Positions 1-25,423 of a stretch of DNA of 64,000 bases are shown here, in pieces. A program made the translations under genes and the position numbers. Within the stretch, counting starts at the first letter, position 1. Each line of letters opens with the position of its first letter. Under the pieces are notes generated by a model that did not search any database, had not been told where the DNA came from, and worked only from the letters and a program-made list of their open reading frames with translations. The DNA is from Rotaria socialis (lineage: Eukaryota). The stretch is taken from positions 1 to 64,000 of the forward strand of contig CAJNYD010000322.1 in the NCBI GenBank assembly GCA_905331295.1, in the 5' to 3' direction.

Positions 1-980
1 AAGCAATTCTCGGACATTCTTACATCTTTCGAACCGCCAAGCAATAGCGAACAAAAGCATATATATTCAGTTTTAAAAGTATTGTTCTATCTCTGAGAAA
101 TCGAATTTTACTGGATCGGTGACTAAAGCTTACTGAATTGCCCTCATATTTTGAGATTTCGACTATCAAAACTCAATTTTCATGCAAAATAAACATCAGA
201 TTCAGAATCATCAGGAAAAGCTGTATTGACTATCATGAATTTTATCAGAAAATAATTTTCATCAAAATTACTGCCTACTCCTCCCTCAGTCATTTTTTTC
301 TTGATTTTACCCTGTAGTCCCACATAGGTAAAATTTTGCTGAAAATTATTTTTTGATGAAGTTTATGATGGTCAATATAGCTTTTCCTGATGATTCTGAA
401 TCTGATGTTTATTTTGCATGAAAATTGAGTTTTGATAGTCGAAATCTCAAAATAAGAGGGCAATTCAGTAAGCTTTAGTCACCGATCCAGTAAAATTCGA
501 TTTCTCAGAGATAGAACAATACTTTTAAAACTGAATATATATGCTTTTGTTCGCTATTGCTTGGCGGTTCGAATGATGTAAGAATGTCCGAGAATTGCTT
601 TCAAGAAAGATAGTTGATGATTTTGTGAGACATCAACTTCAACGTGTCTACATGGAGACCTAGTTGAGCTCATCACACATGAAAATTATGTTTTTTACTG
701 GTCAAAATTACATCAGTAGATTCAGATTTTCATGCTGAATTCGATGATGGCAATTTTCTTATCTCAGAACATTATTAAACTAGATAAATTTCGAGTTTTC
801 TCGAAAAAAGTGAAATATTCACTTTTACAGGTGCCGATTGTATTTTGAAAACGTCTCAACCAAAACGGAAGCCTAGAAATATTTTAAAGATGATATTCAC
901 GATCTACTCATCGAGCTCTATCCAATCATGTAACAATAAATGGGATTTTTCTCCTGCTCGATTTTTGACCTTGGCGCAGC
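1..980. mobile_element. Large palindrome / foldback-type non-autonomous DNA element, left part truncated by the window edge
   Basis: Positions 1-~277 are the reverse complement of ~325-600 (position 1 pairs with 600), around a ~47-nt spacer. Similar gattcaga/catg motifs continue to ~980, presumably the rest of the right arm whose mirror lies before the window. No transposase ORF. The right boundary is inferred. Confidence 0.7.
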
Positions 981-3160
981 TTACATCATCAGAACAATGC
1001 TATGTAATATTAAACCATGGTAAAAATGACTACTTGAGCACGATATTCTTGAAGTTTCCCAAGGATTCAATTGCATACAAAAGAGAGTAAGCGATATACA
1101 AGTTTGAATAATATCTTTTAATAATTTATGTACTAATTAAGTATGCTCATGGAAATTGACTATTTGTTTAGTATTGTAGAACAGAAAAATCTACTACCCT
1201 TTGAATAATTGAACATTAGATTGTTTCTAGACCAGTAAGTTTTTTTTTCCAAATAATAATCGTAGTTTGTTATTTAAGTTAAACATTTTTTCTAGATCAC
1301 TATTGATCTACGTATGCTTAGCATAATGTATCATTCGAATCCAAAGAATTCCTTTCTTCGTGCATCATTATCAGAAATGAATCTATGTAGCAAAAACGTT
1401 TATTCTCATTTGAATCATTCATTGTTTTTTTTTCTACTGGCAGATGAAATATATTTGTGCGATGTAAAATGTAATATAGATGTCAACAACAAATATGTTT
1501 ACTACTCAATTAAATGAATTTAAACAAAATTCGTACCCCTAACTTGAAAGATAAGAGGTTGTAAACCAATAAATAGATCTTGCAGCAATCAAACGGGAGG
1601 AAAGAAAAGTACTATTTATGATACATAGTGTCTTTTAAACTTCGAAGTCGAACAAACTATTGATTTTTCAAAAAAATCGCTTCATTAATGATATTATTAC
1701 ATAGTAGCGAATGAAGTGTTTATCACAAGTTTGTGTCTATTATATATAGTGTTAAAAAAAACACTTTTACGTAGTTTCAATTTTTTATTTTTTAGATCAT
1801 TTAAATTACAAAAAACAAAGAACTCCATTTAATCAAAACTAATATGTACAACAGGAAAAATACTTTCTTATTTCTTTTAGCTGTCTCTAAACGGATCTAA
1901 GTATTCAAGATAGGGAAAAAAACGCTACTCCTATTGTTCTACTTTTATACCATAAAATTATATCGACGAGATCAATACTGTACTTGTGCATTTTTTATCA
2001 CAGCTCTTTTTAAAAATGCTAGCAATGAGAAAAGCTTAAATACATCGCGTTTATGTCAATATTTTACTGGCTGATTGAATACTTTTGTAATAATTTATAG
2101 AATACTTCTATTGAAACTTTTTCATATTATATAAACTTATAAAACAGAATCAGATAGGGAAGATCTTAATTTTATTCATGATTTTTCTTTTTTGTACTTT
2201 TAAGCAGAACTCTCTAGATCCAATCGATTCGTTCTCTCGATGTTTATAAATATGAAATCTAAATTTTAATATACACTTATTTACTACTTCTACTTCATTA
2301 TGATGCTGACAATATCTTCGAAAAGAAAAAGAAAAGAAAACTTTGAACGCAGTTTGCATTGTTATCCTTACAACCAATTTATCTTCATTTGGCCCTTTGC
2401 AGCTGCATATTTTTAGGCAAATTGTCATTTCAGAAAAACAAAGCATATTATCTCTCACATTGATTTTTTTTCTTCGTCATTGTATCTAGTTTGGTCTTTC
2501 TTTCCGTAGATGCAAAATAAAATCCAAAATTCAAATGTCATGGACATAAAAAAAAGCCACAATACGACAGAAACAAAAGAAAAACAAAACTTGACAATTA
2601 CAAAATCTCTATTTTGCTTAGAGAAAAGAAAACCATAACATTGAATAATCAATATGTTGCGATAGTACAAATAAAGGAACGAAACTTGATGAATCAAGGC
2701 AATTATATGCATTGCGCAAGACATACACAAAAAGAAAGAATACAATGAATGAAAAACATGGATACGTTCAATTATTTTTCTTCATTTCTTTTTGTTTCCA
2801 AAGATTTACATGCAACATAAGGAACCGGTAATCGGTGACTTTTGTTGTCAAAACAAATAGAGAAGTCTGTTGGTTTTCTTTTTTGAGCGGCTGAAGGTAG
2901 AAAAAAAACAACAACAATAACAACAACAACAACAACACAGAATTTACGAAAAAGCAATAAATGCGCACAAAAGACGACATCAAAACTCAAAAAAAAAGAA
3001 ACAAACGAGAGAAGAGAAATATGAACACCGGTCATCAAGAAAAATCGATAGAGAGACAGAATAACATTCAAAATTTTATGTAAGATACGTTTTAAAGTTA
3101 TATATATTTATATATGTATATGCATATAGGTCAACGTTTCGTTTTTTCCTCCTTGAAATC

Positions 3161-12148
<8,988 letters not shown>

Positions 12149-12960
12149 TGATCTATTGAAATCGACGTGTTCAAGACGACATGACTAATTTACTTGTCGG
12201 TTAAACGAAGACAACTAGAGATAGATGGATGGATGGATGGATGGATGAAGATCATCATTCATAAAATAAGACAGTGCAGTTGTTTTCTTCTTTTTTTCCT
12301 ATCGCTCTCTCTCCGCCTGTCTATATATGAGTGCCTGTCTTGTCTCGTGTCTATTTACGTCTTGGTTGCCGAGTCGTAGCGTGTAATGGATACCCTTTAT
12401 ATCTGTCGAATTTAATAGGAATATGTGACGTGATCGATGTGTATGATTTGATAGATTTCTGAATGTCAATCTTTATCCGCAAGCACAAGCGTCTCACCTT
12501 TTCGCACTTTCTCTCTTTATATGCGCAAGAGAAAAGAAAACGAGAGAGAGGGAGAGACACAGAGAGAAAAGAAAAACAGAGGCTGTTGCTCACAGAAAGA
12601 GAGAAAACTAAGGACGAAACGAGCGAGCACTTGTAATTACTTTTAATGTGAACGGTTACTCTCGACCAGTCAGCAACCGAGTTGCTCTTTTTCGCTCTTC
12701 TTATTTTTTCTTCGTCTCTTCTTCCCTTCAGGCGAAGAAAAAGAGAAGGATTTTCTTGTGTTGCTTGTACGTTCTTGGGCGATTATATGCGTGCGTCTGT
12801 GTATGCGAGAACAAGCAAAAAGACGACGACTGTTGGCGCGTATTGTCGACAACGAAGCATGTATTATAGAGAAAGAAAACGTTTGCAGGTTCGAGATTGG
12901 GCAAGATAAAAAAAAAAGTACTACAGCCAGTATGTCGCGTGCAGAACAAGGAGAAAGAGC

Positions 12961-13003
12961 GAGAGGGAGAGGGAGAGGGAGAGAGAGAGAGACAGACAGA
13001 GAG
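12961..13003. repeat. GA-rich (GGGAGA)n/(GA)n tract upstream of Meis
   Basis: gagagggagagggagagggagagagagagagacagacagagag, read directly. Confidence 0.8.
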
Positions 13004-16000
13004 TAAGCTCAATTCATTGTGATGTCATGCTGGAAAAAAATTCTGCTTTTTTTGTTTTTCTTCTACAGCCAAGATCTCTTATATTAAAAAAAATGGGGTT
13101 GGCGGGTGAATGAAAGATTATTATTAATGCTTCAACTCACACTTGTAGTCAAGCGCTTGTGTTTCTGTTAGAATTATGATGAAATGAACTAGCACTTGCA
13201 TGGAAAAGGGTGGAGAAGAAAACTTCGTTGACATTGCCATCCGTAGTTGTAAAGTATGTCACATCCAATCAAAATTTAGACGAAGATTGATTGGTAGACA
13301 ACGATGTGATGTCCGACACATGAAAAAAAATAAGAAGAAAAGAAGGCATTGAGTAATATATCCTTAAATATAATTTTCATCGATCATTACGAGGATTGGT
13401 TTATTCTAAATATAAAAGCTAACTGAATCTTTCATTACACTTTTTCTCTATCAATCAACTCAAACAAAAGATGAAATATGTGTGCATGTAATGTTTGAAG
13501 CTAATTTCTTTTTTTTTCTTTCTCTTGACATTTGTACTTAACAAGAGATTACTTCTGTAATACAGAGATTCAAAGCGTTTCCAATGATTTTTGTCTTGGT
13601 GTTTTTCGTCTATTGTATTTTTCGAGATAAATCAGTCTTGCTGACATCTGGTAAATTGATGGATACATTGAACATAACTTTTCTTTTTTTTTATTTATTC
13701 AAAAAGTCGAGTAATTTCATTTTTTTATGTTCTCCTTTTTTTGACAAAGAGCAACTATAACAGCAATAAAAAAAGTTTTTTTTCTTCAATCTTGCTGTCA
13801 TGCGGCGCCGTTTGTATTCCCGAGAGAATTTCCACAGCCCATCAATCTTATGCTAAGCATAGTTCGTTTGTTCAGTATGCATGTGTGTCTGTGTGTGTGT
13901 GTGTGTATGCTTAAAAAAAGAAGAAAGAAGCAGTGGCAAGCGGCATGTTTTTTAAGGATGCTCTATAGTAATATTCTTCATTTGTTCCACATACATACAC
14001 ACGCATACACATATACAATTTCTAGTTGTACGAGCTATGTGTTCCAGATCAATAGAAGATTCCAATGAGCGTACAATAACATTGAAATTAGTTATTATAC
14101 AAGCATAAACATATTATTTTTTTGAACAGTTCTTGACTACAATCAAGCATCGTTCATTCCCGCTGACTTTGACTAATTAAGAAAAAAGCAAAATCCATCT
14201 AATTCAGTCTCTCACTTCAGTCCATCACTCGAGCGTTGATTTAGTGTTGATCGTTTTTCGCACACACTTTGAATTAATGGAATTTAGCACTTACTCTTCT
14301 CGTAACAAGCACTTGCCTCTACTGATCTATTCAAGCGTACTTTGATCTTCTTCAATTTTCTTTTCTTTTCTTTATTCACCGTTTGTCGTGCATCGATAAA
14401 CCATATCATGTTCAAACACATTCATCTCTATGTAATCTGTAAGAAAAAGCGAGCAAGTCTCCTATTCTCACATTTATGCATCTCTATTGTATTCGTATAT
14501 AAATGTGTGTGTATAGTCAAAAAATTATCGCTCGGTATGCGTCGTCGCGTTTTGATGATCTCATCATAAGAGAAAAGAAAAAGACAATCTAAAGAGCGAG
14601 AAGGTGAACTCAATCACTTTGCGTTCACATCTTTTTATTGTAATTGAGATCAGCAAAAAAAGAAAGGAAAGAGTATGATGATTGATAGTGGATACAGACG
14701 ACAGATCAGAAATGCTCACAAAACAAGTGAACCTATGATTATTGCCATTTGATTATGCACACACCGCATTCTCCCACATCACACCAAAGTATATAGCGGT
14801 ATATGCGGCCCACTCAATTGATTATGCATATTTTTTTTTATTCATTTGAATTTTTCTTTTCACACGTCATGCGGAACACAAATCCACTTGATTCTGACCA
14901 GTTGTCTACATAAACAGATATTTGCCTTGCCATTATCCATAGTATGTGCGAGCGTGTGGGTGTGCCGACATTTTTTCTTTTTTCAAGAAAAAGGTGTCGA
15001 TCAATATAATACGCTGAGAAAGTCAGGTTTGCGTGTGCGGCTAGGATGGACTTTATCTTTTCTTTTCTTTGTTTGGCTATCTGTCTTGGCTGGCACTAAT
15101 TGTAGGAATACACAAATGAGCACTGACATATGCACGCGCGAATACTGGTCAACAAATTTAGCTGCCTTTGATGTGACAAATCTGATTTGGATTAATCGAA
15201 ACGAATATTTCCCTTTTCTCATGTGACAAAAAAAAAATAAAAGAAAAGAAGAAAGAATTTATCAATGAATAACATACAGTAAGTAGACGGAAATGAACAG
15301 AAATCGACTTAATTTTTCTCGAGTATGAATTTAAATAAACTAATATTTGATTCTCATGTGGCTTATCAACGTTGTTATTTTTAACTTAAATAGATTTTAT
15401 TTAAAAGAAATAATAAAAATTTAAGATATAAAGTATATTGATATAAATAAATAATGAATAAATTTTAATTAAAAATCAAAATGCAACATGAGGATTGATG
15501 AGTAAACGAGGAAAAAGATACCAAGAGTCTGTTCTGTTGATTTTCGACCACAAAAAAAAGAAAGCCCAAGAAAACGAATTATTTTAGGCGTTAAAAGTTT
15601 GCTCAAGCTTTTTGTGATTTATTCTGATGAGTTCAAAATGTTGACATGTACTTGACATTGAAATCAGAATGAATAAGTCTATATCAACTTGAATAAACGA
15701 AATAATAAACGATCCTATGCAGCAACAAGTATTAGAAATGGTAACACTTATTACATTGACTGTTTCATTGAATTGCAAGCATACTTGAATGATGAAGTGC
15801 CAAAAGTATTTCTTTTCACAATCGATATGAAAACAAGTCCTTAAAAATATTCATTAAATGGATAGTTTTACGCGAAAGATACAATAGAAAAGAAAGAATT
15901 TTTTCAAATTGTTACTCCAAGAGTTTAAACCTACTACAACTACTACTTTGTTTTATGCTTTTAATTTTTTTCTCAAGTAATGACTCTAAAAAGAAAAGGC

Positions 16001-17079
16001 ATTACACATTTGTTGGTATTGTTCACAATTTTTCTCAAACTAGTTCCATTCATCGTTTCTTGATCAACAATCAACAAGTAGTTAAAATACTGCTCATTTT
16101 CAAATATCTCATGAATTTAATATTACCTATTCTATTTATGTTGTATTATCAATTTTTCTGGTCTTGGTCTCGGCAATTCTAACTACTCTATTGTACGTTT
16201 ACTATTGAGAGATAAATGTTTTAGAATGTTTTCGTCACACATTTTAAAGACTTTATTAATATTCGTATTTTTATATTTCGCTACTAAAACTGTAATTCAG
16301 GTCAACTTCACTGTATTCCATCTACATTTCAGTTGTACTTCGAACTACGAAAGTTTTAGTTTCTTCCTCTTCAAGGAATCTGAACTGATTTTGCACATAT
16401 CTAAGAATGAGCCATTTTCATTTTTATTTCATCTAACAGAAAAACCTAAGTTAATATTCAAAAGTGGTCTCAATAGAATTTTTCATGTCAAATTCATTCG
16501 GTGAAATAGTAATAAAATGTTCATTAGTGTTTGATATGATGGAATTGTGATCATTACAAAATAACTGAATACATTACTTTTTAAAATAGTCTTACTTCTC
16601 TGTAATCGTTTTCAAATTAGAATTATCTGTGATTAATTAACCTGAATACATTGAACAATCATTATTTTTAACAAAAACTAATTTACACACAACATATATT
16701 GATCACAACAATAGTCAATCGTTTGTATTTGAATATTCTATTGAGATTTATTTGTCGTGTTTAATACGAAAAAAAAGACCCACATAGATACTAAACTTAC
16801 TGTTTTAATCCTATCCAGTATGCCTAAATGAAAACTTATCAAAGCAAAAACTCTCGAACAAGAATTATGCTTTGGAGTGAAAAATTAAAGATTTTAATAC
16901 TTTATTACAAATATTTTTGAGATTTTCTTTATTTGAACACAAGTTAAAATAGCTGTTTTTTTTTTTTTTTTGGCTCAATAGTTGAATGATATATTATCAA
17001 TTACCTAAACTTACCATCGTGGATTTCATACGTTTATATGATGCAATCATTACTTATGTTTCTGCGAATGTTTATGTCA

Positions 17080-17549
17080 CCCACGCTGACAAAATTTTTC
17101 AAACATGCCTTTAAACGCACCAAGAAGGACCAAAAATCGAAAAAAAGTGGACGAGTTCGGATGACAGTCGAAGTTCCAGACTGTGAGCGAAAAACGCCCA
17201 ATTTTCACCCTTTCTGAGCGTTTAAACGCGCTTTCAGTCAAAAAACACGTTTAAATCCATAAAAAAAGAGAAAAAGTGGTCGTTTTTTTCATACTCGAGA
17301 ACCTTAATTATAATCACATCATGGATAACGACTATGAGACAAAAGATCACTTTTTCTCCTTTTATTCTTTGCATTTAAACGCTTTATTTGGCTGAAAGCG
17401 CGTTTAAACGTTCAAGAAAGGTGAAAACTGGGCGCTTTTCGCTCACAGTCGGAAACCCTGACTGTCATCCTAATACGTCCACTGTTTTTCGATTTTTGGT
17501 CCTTTTTGGTGCGTTTAAACGCGTGTTTGAAAAATTTTGTCAGCTTGGG
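17080..17549. mobile_element. MITE with ~200-bp imperfect inverted arms, CCC...GGG termini and a 2-bp CA target duplication (CMC/EnSpm-like)
   Basis: Left end cccacgctgacaaaatttttcaaaca matches the reverse complement of right end tgtttgaaaaattttgtcagcttggg. Arm similarity extends to ~17281/17345. Flanks read ...tgtCA|CCC and GGG|CAgtg. The superfamily is inferred from termini and TSD length. Confidence 0.85.
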
Positions 17550-17842
17550 CAGTGATAGCTTGATAATTATTTCTTTTTGTTCTCATTGCTTGATAATAGA
17601 CTATATTTATCTATGACCTTGTATTGCACTCTACATAACTTGACTCTAGTACAGAATAGTACAGAAATAGATGTTACTATTTCTTTTTTAGTCAAACTTT
17701 TTAGCAAGATCAATGCCTATATGAACGTTGTATTTGTTAAGTTTTGTTTGTTACACAATGTTTTAAAAGTTATAGTAAAGACAAAATAAGATGGAAAGAC
17801 AAATAATCAATGAAACATTAAAGTCGAATCAATTTTATTTTA

Positions 17843-18415
17843 TTACGGCTTCTTCACTTGCTTTTTTCGCAAATCTTGATCCATCATTTGCAATAGAATC
17901 GTTGAATTGTCTGAATTTCTTTCAATACGTTTAACTAAATCATACATGTATTTCAATGCTGTGGTTTGTTCTTCAAGCATTTGACTTTCAATAAAATGAA
18001 CAGTTGGATAATCTTTTTCAATGTGGGCTGCTAAACGTACTTCAATAAGATTATCATATACTTGTCGTTCCATATATTCAGCTGCCTGTATCATTTTTGT
18101 AAGATCTTCCATTGTTGCCGCTGTTTCATCAACTTTGACATCTTTGAAAAGCAATTCACGATTGCGAACATTATAAAAATCGAGTAGTTTTTTGCCATGA
18201 GCACGTTCTTCTATAGCTGAATCAAAGAAAAAGTCTGCAAAACCATGATAAACTCCACGCGTAGCTAAACGATGAGCAAATGTTAAATAGGTATTGGAAG
18301 CAAGGAACTCCTTGTGCACTTGAACTTCATATAGTTTTTTTAAATCTTCACCAAATATCAATGGTGAAAACAATAGAACAATGATAGTGCTGATAAACAC
18401 GGATGATGAAACCAT
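17843..18415 (-). CDS. Ferritin with N-terminal signal peptide (secreted type), intronless
   Basis: 190-aa ORF with a hydrophobic leader. Ferritin motifs E-FLASNTY, GFADFF-DSAIEERAHGKKLLDFYN-R, ME, and DYPTVHFIESQMLEEQ; ferroxidase-type E/Y/EE/H/E/Q residues appear present. Confidence 0.92.
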   Translation of the reverse strand: MVSSSVFISTIIVLLFSPLIFGEDLKKLYEVQVHKEFLASNTYLTFAHRLATRGVYHGFADFFFDSAIEERAHGKKLLDFYNVRNRELLFKDVKVDETAATMEDLTKMIQAAEYMERQVYDNLIEVRLAAHIEKDYPTVHFIESQMLEEQTTALKYMYDLVKRIERNSDNSTILLQMMDQDLRKKQVKKP

Positions 18416-18652
18416 GTTGAAAATAATGAATACTTATGTAAAATGAAATTTTTTTAAACTAACAAAGCACTGATAACTCTTATCTTGTTTTTCTTTTCGT
18501 CAAGACATCTTTTGTCCAACGTACATTTTACTTGCACAATCATATGATATTCAAGAGAAATGAAAAGAAATAAAAAGGAGAAAGGAAAGAAACCAAATCA
18601 TTTAGTATTTCGAAAACAAAAAGCAAAGAAAAACAGATAAAACACAGTTTAT

Positions 18653-19553
18653 CTAAGCACTGGCAACTAAATCAGTATAAGAGCCTAATTGTTCATATGA
18701 AAGTTCATATTTTGTCATTTCATTTAAACCACAATCGTCAATAGCAACATATTTCTTTGGAATACTTGTTCCTTTGAATATTTCCATTTCACCTAATTCA
18801 TACACGAAATCCTGCAAAAACAAAAAACAAATTATGAGTGATGATGTTCACAGGCAAAATAATTCTTCATTTTTTTTTACCATTCCTGAAATGACTCGTC
18901 CAAAAGCAACATGATGACCATCCAACCATCGAGCAGGTACAAGTGTTATAAACCATTGCGATCCATTTGTATCTTTTCCATAATTGGCCATCGATACCCA
19001 GCCAGGTGAACGATGACTCAAAATAAAATTTTCGTCAATAAATTTATCACCATAAATACTTTTGCCTATTAAAAAGAAGACAAATTTATGTGAAAATTGG
19101 CTTTGACAATGCAAATCTTTTTTATTATCTACCTCCAGTACCATCTCCATGTGTAAAATCACCGGTTTGAATAACAAAATCACGAACTATACGATGAAAA
19201 GGTGTACCTTTATATAAATACTGTTCCTAAATAGTCAATTTACACGCTAAGAATATTTATCTTGATTTATTATTTGCAATACTTACAGATCCTCGCCGAA
19301 GACCTTTAGTTATTGTAATGAAATTGGTAACTGTCATAGGACAAATGTCACCGAATAAAGCAATAACAATTCTTTCTGTTCTAATGGGTACAGATGATAT
19401 TTTGTTTTCTCGTATTGATATGTTAAACCATGCTTCGTGTGTCACATAGAATTTTTCCACTTGATCATTATCATAGTATGACGCATCATGAGCATTGCTA
19501 ACAATTATATGTTGAGCGAATGAAAATGAAAATACAACAAAGATCACCAACAT
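18653..19553 (-). CDS. Cyclophilin-type peptidyl-prolyl isomerase, secretory (cyclophilin B/C-like), 4 exons
   Basis: Signal peptide, then [60 protein letters not shown] and [16 protein letters not shown]. Exons ~19287-19553, 19133-19226, 18881-19065 and 18653-18811. Confidence 0.93.
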
Positions 19554-20498
19554 TTCAATTTCTAGTAATTATTTATTCAATAAACTATCTGACAGATAAA
19601 TACATTCACATAAAATATAGATGCTAACTTACTTTATTCTACGTTGCCGAACAAATACATAAGAGAAATTGCTTGGCTCAAACTAATTTATACTCTGTGA
19701 AATTTTTGACAACGTGGCAATTATCAAGATGATACCACCCTACTATCCTCAAGAGTCTACTTAAATCTGAAGTATCTCGACCTTCACTAGAAGTGAAATA
19801 CCAATATGATAGATTAATTTCTTGTACTTTAATTAAAAGCAACGCTCGATTATAATCAATATGACTCTCATACTTAACCTCGATAGTAAAAATGATTCTA
19901 TTGAATGTTGTTTAGTTCTAGTTTGTTGCTTTATTACTTGTCGTTTGTTCTAATTTTCATAAAATTCCTATATATTTTTTTTAAAATCTCATTCATTGCG
20001 TTTGATATAATGTAACAACCAAATTTCTCAATAGACGCAAATATGAATCTTAATAGATATAATGATGACACTCTTTTGAGATCCTGGCTTTTCAATCACA
20101 CGATCTCACGTAAAATATCATCACTTTTAAATAAACATACATGCACTGTATCAACAAAGAGAAAAAAAAATATGCGAAGGAGAAAAAAAAAGAGACAATC
20201 ATAGAACGGGATAAACATTCAAATAAACAATAAAAATTAAGTTTCAAATCAATAGAAGACCGATGACCGTTACTCTCAATAAAGAAGAAAAAACTGCGAG
20301 CGAATACGCGTCGGTCCATGTAGGTGTATGTATATGAAACGAAAAGAACATACCATTAAACAATCAAACAGAAAATGAAAAATAAAATAACAGTTTTCTG
20401 TCAAAAAAAAAGAAGCATCATGTACGTAGTAATTAAATGATTGTTGATGAATGAGATTACGTTTCTTAGACAAAGATGGTGATCATTTCATTTTTATT

Positions 20499-24423
<3,925 letters not shown>

Positions 24424-25423
24424 CGTATATTATTGCTTGTTGTTTTTGGTAAGTTTAATTAAGAGAAGGGATGGTTTCGGTGTCGAGTTTATTTTTCTTA
24501 AAATTCTAAAAGAAATAGTTATTAACAGATGAACTAAAATCTTAGTTAACATCGATAAAATTTTCAAAGAAAATAATTAAATTCTGCCAAATGATAAAGA
24601 CTTAATTATAGATATCTGTTAATTGGCATTTGAAATCATACACAGTTGAATTAACTAGTATTCCCTCTCTTTTCAAATCTCATTTGTTTGTTTATTGTAT
24701 GTTTTTCCTCTTTCTCTCTATGTCTCTCTTTCTTTCATCATCTCAACATCTTTGTCATCTGCCAATGTAACAGAGAATTTAAAAAAAATAAAAACTGTCG
24801 AACTACTTGGATATTTTTGAAATATTAACCAATTATTATACGTTTCTTTGATTCCTTAAAACAAAAGAAAAATATATGAGCAGAAGAAAACAGAAAACAA
24901 TGTCTGATAGAGGACGCTACGAATCGAACATTACGATGTGGTTCATACATGTGATATTGCTATAGTATAGTTATTATTATTATCATTAATTGATTATCTT
25001 CATTAACTAGATAAACATTGAAATAACGATAAATCGTTTTAATACAATTTGATTTTTACTTGTCTATGTAATTGATCAGAATATTGAATATTATTATTTT
25101 TAATTTTCATTATCAAAGTATGTTTTTTAGTTATTGCGTGAATTAGTTTATTAAATAATTTGATCTTTATTCACCGGTAGCATTCTTTAAAGTTGATGAC
25201 TGTTTAAATACAATAAAAAACAAAGAAAAAGGTTGAAGAAAACAAAAAAAAAGACTGTATTATATAGATAAAAACTTATGCGTACAAGAAAAAAAATATT
25301 ATAGACAAAAATCGACTCTATTGAATTTAAAATAAGCCAGATCTGTTTAAAATCGAAAATATCTCGCCGTGTAAAATACATGGTTGGAAAAAAAAGTTAA
25401 TTTTATAGTTCATTGAATAAATT

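Noticed and set aside
845..3071. Short ORFs of 60-100 aa downstream of Meis
   Set aside because: Low-complexity F/L/K-rich translations of AT-rich UTR or intergenic DNA and of the foldback element, with no recognisable motifs.
12194..16504. Many short ORFs upstream of Meis
   Set aside because: They derive from simple repeats and A/T tracts, with no coherent exon chain or protein family.
18460..18482. CAGTGC (IRE loop consensus) upstream of ferritin on the sense strand
   Set aside because: The flanks GTTAT and TTTGT cannot form the 5-bp upper stem, and there is no bulged C.
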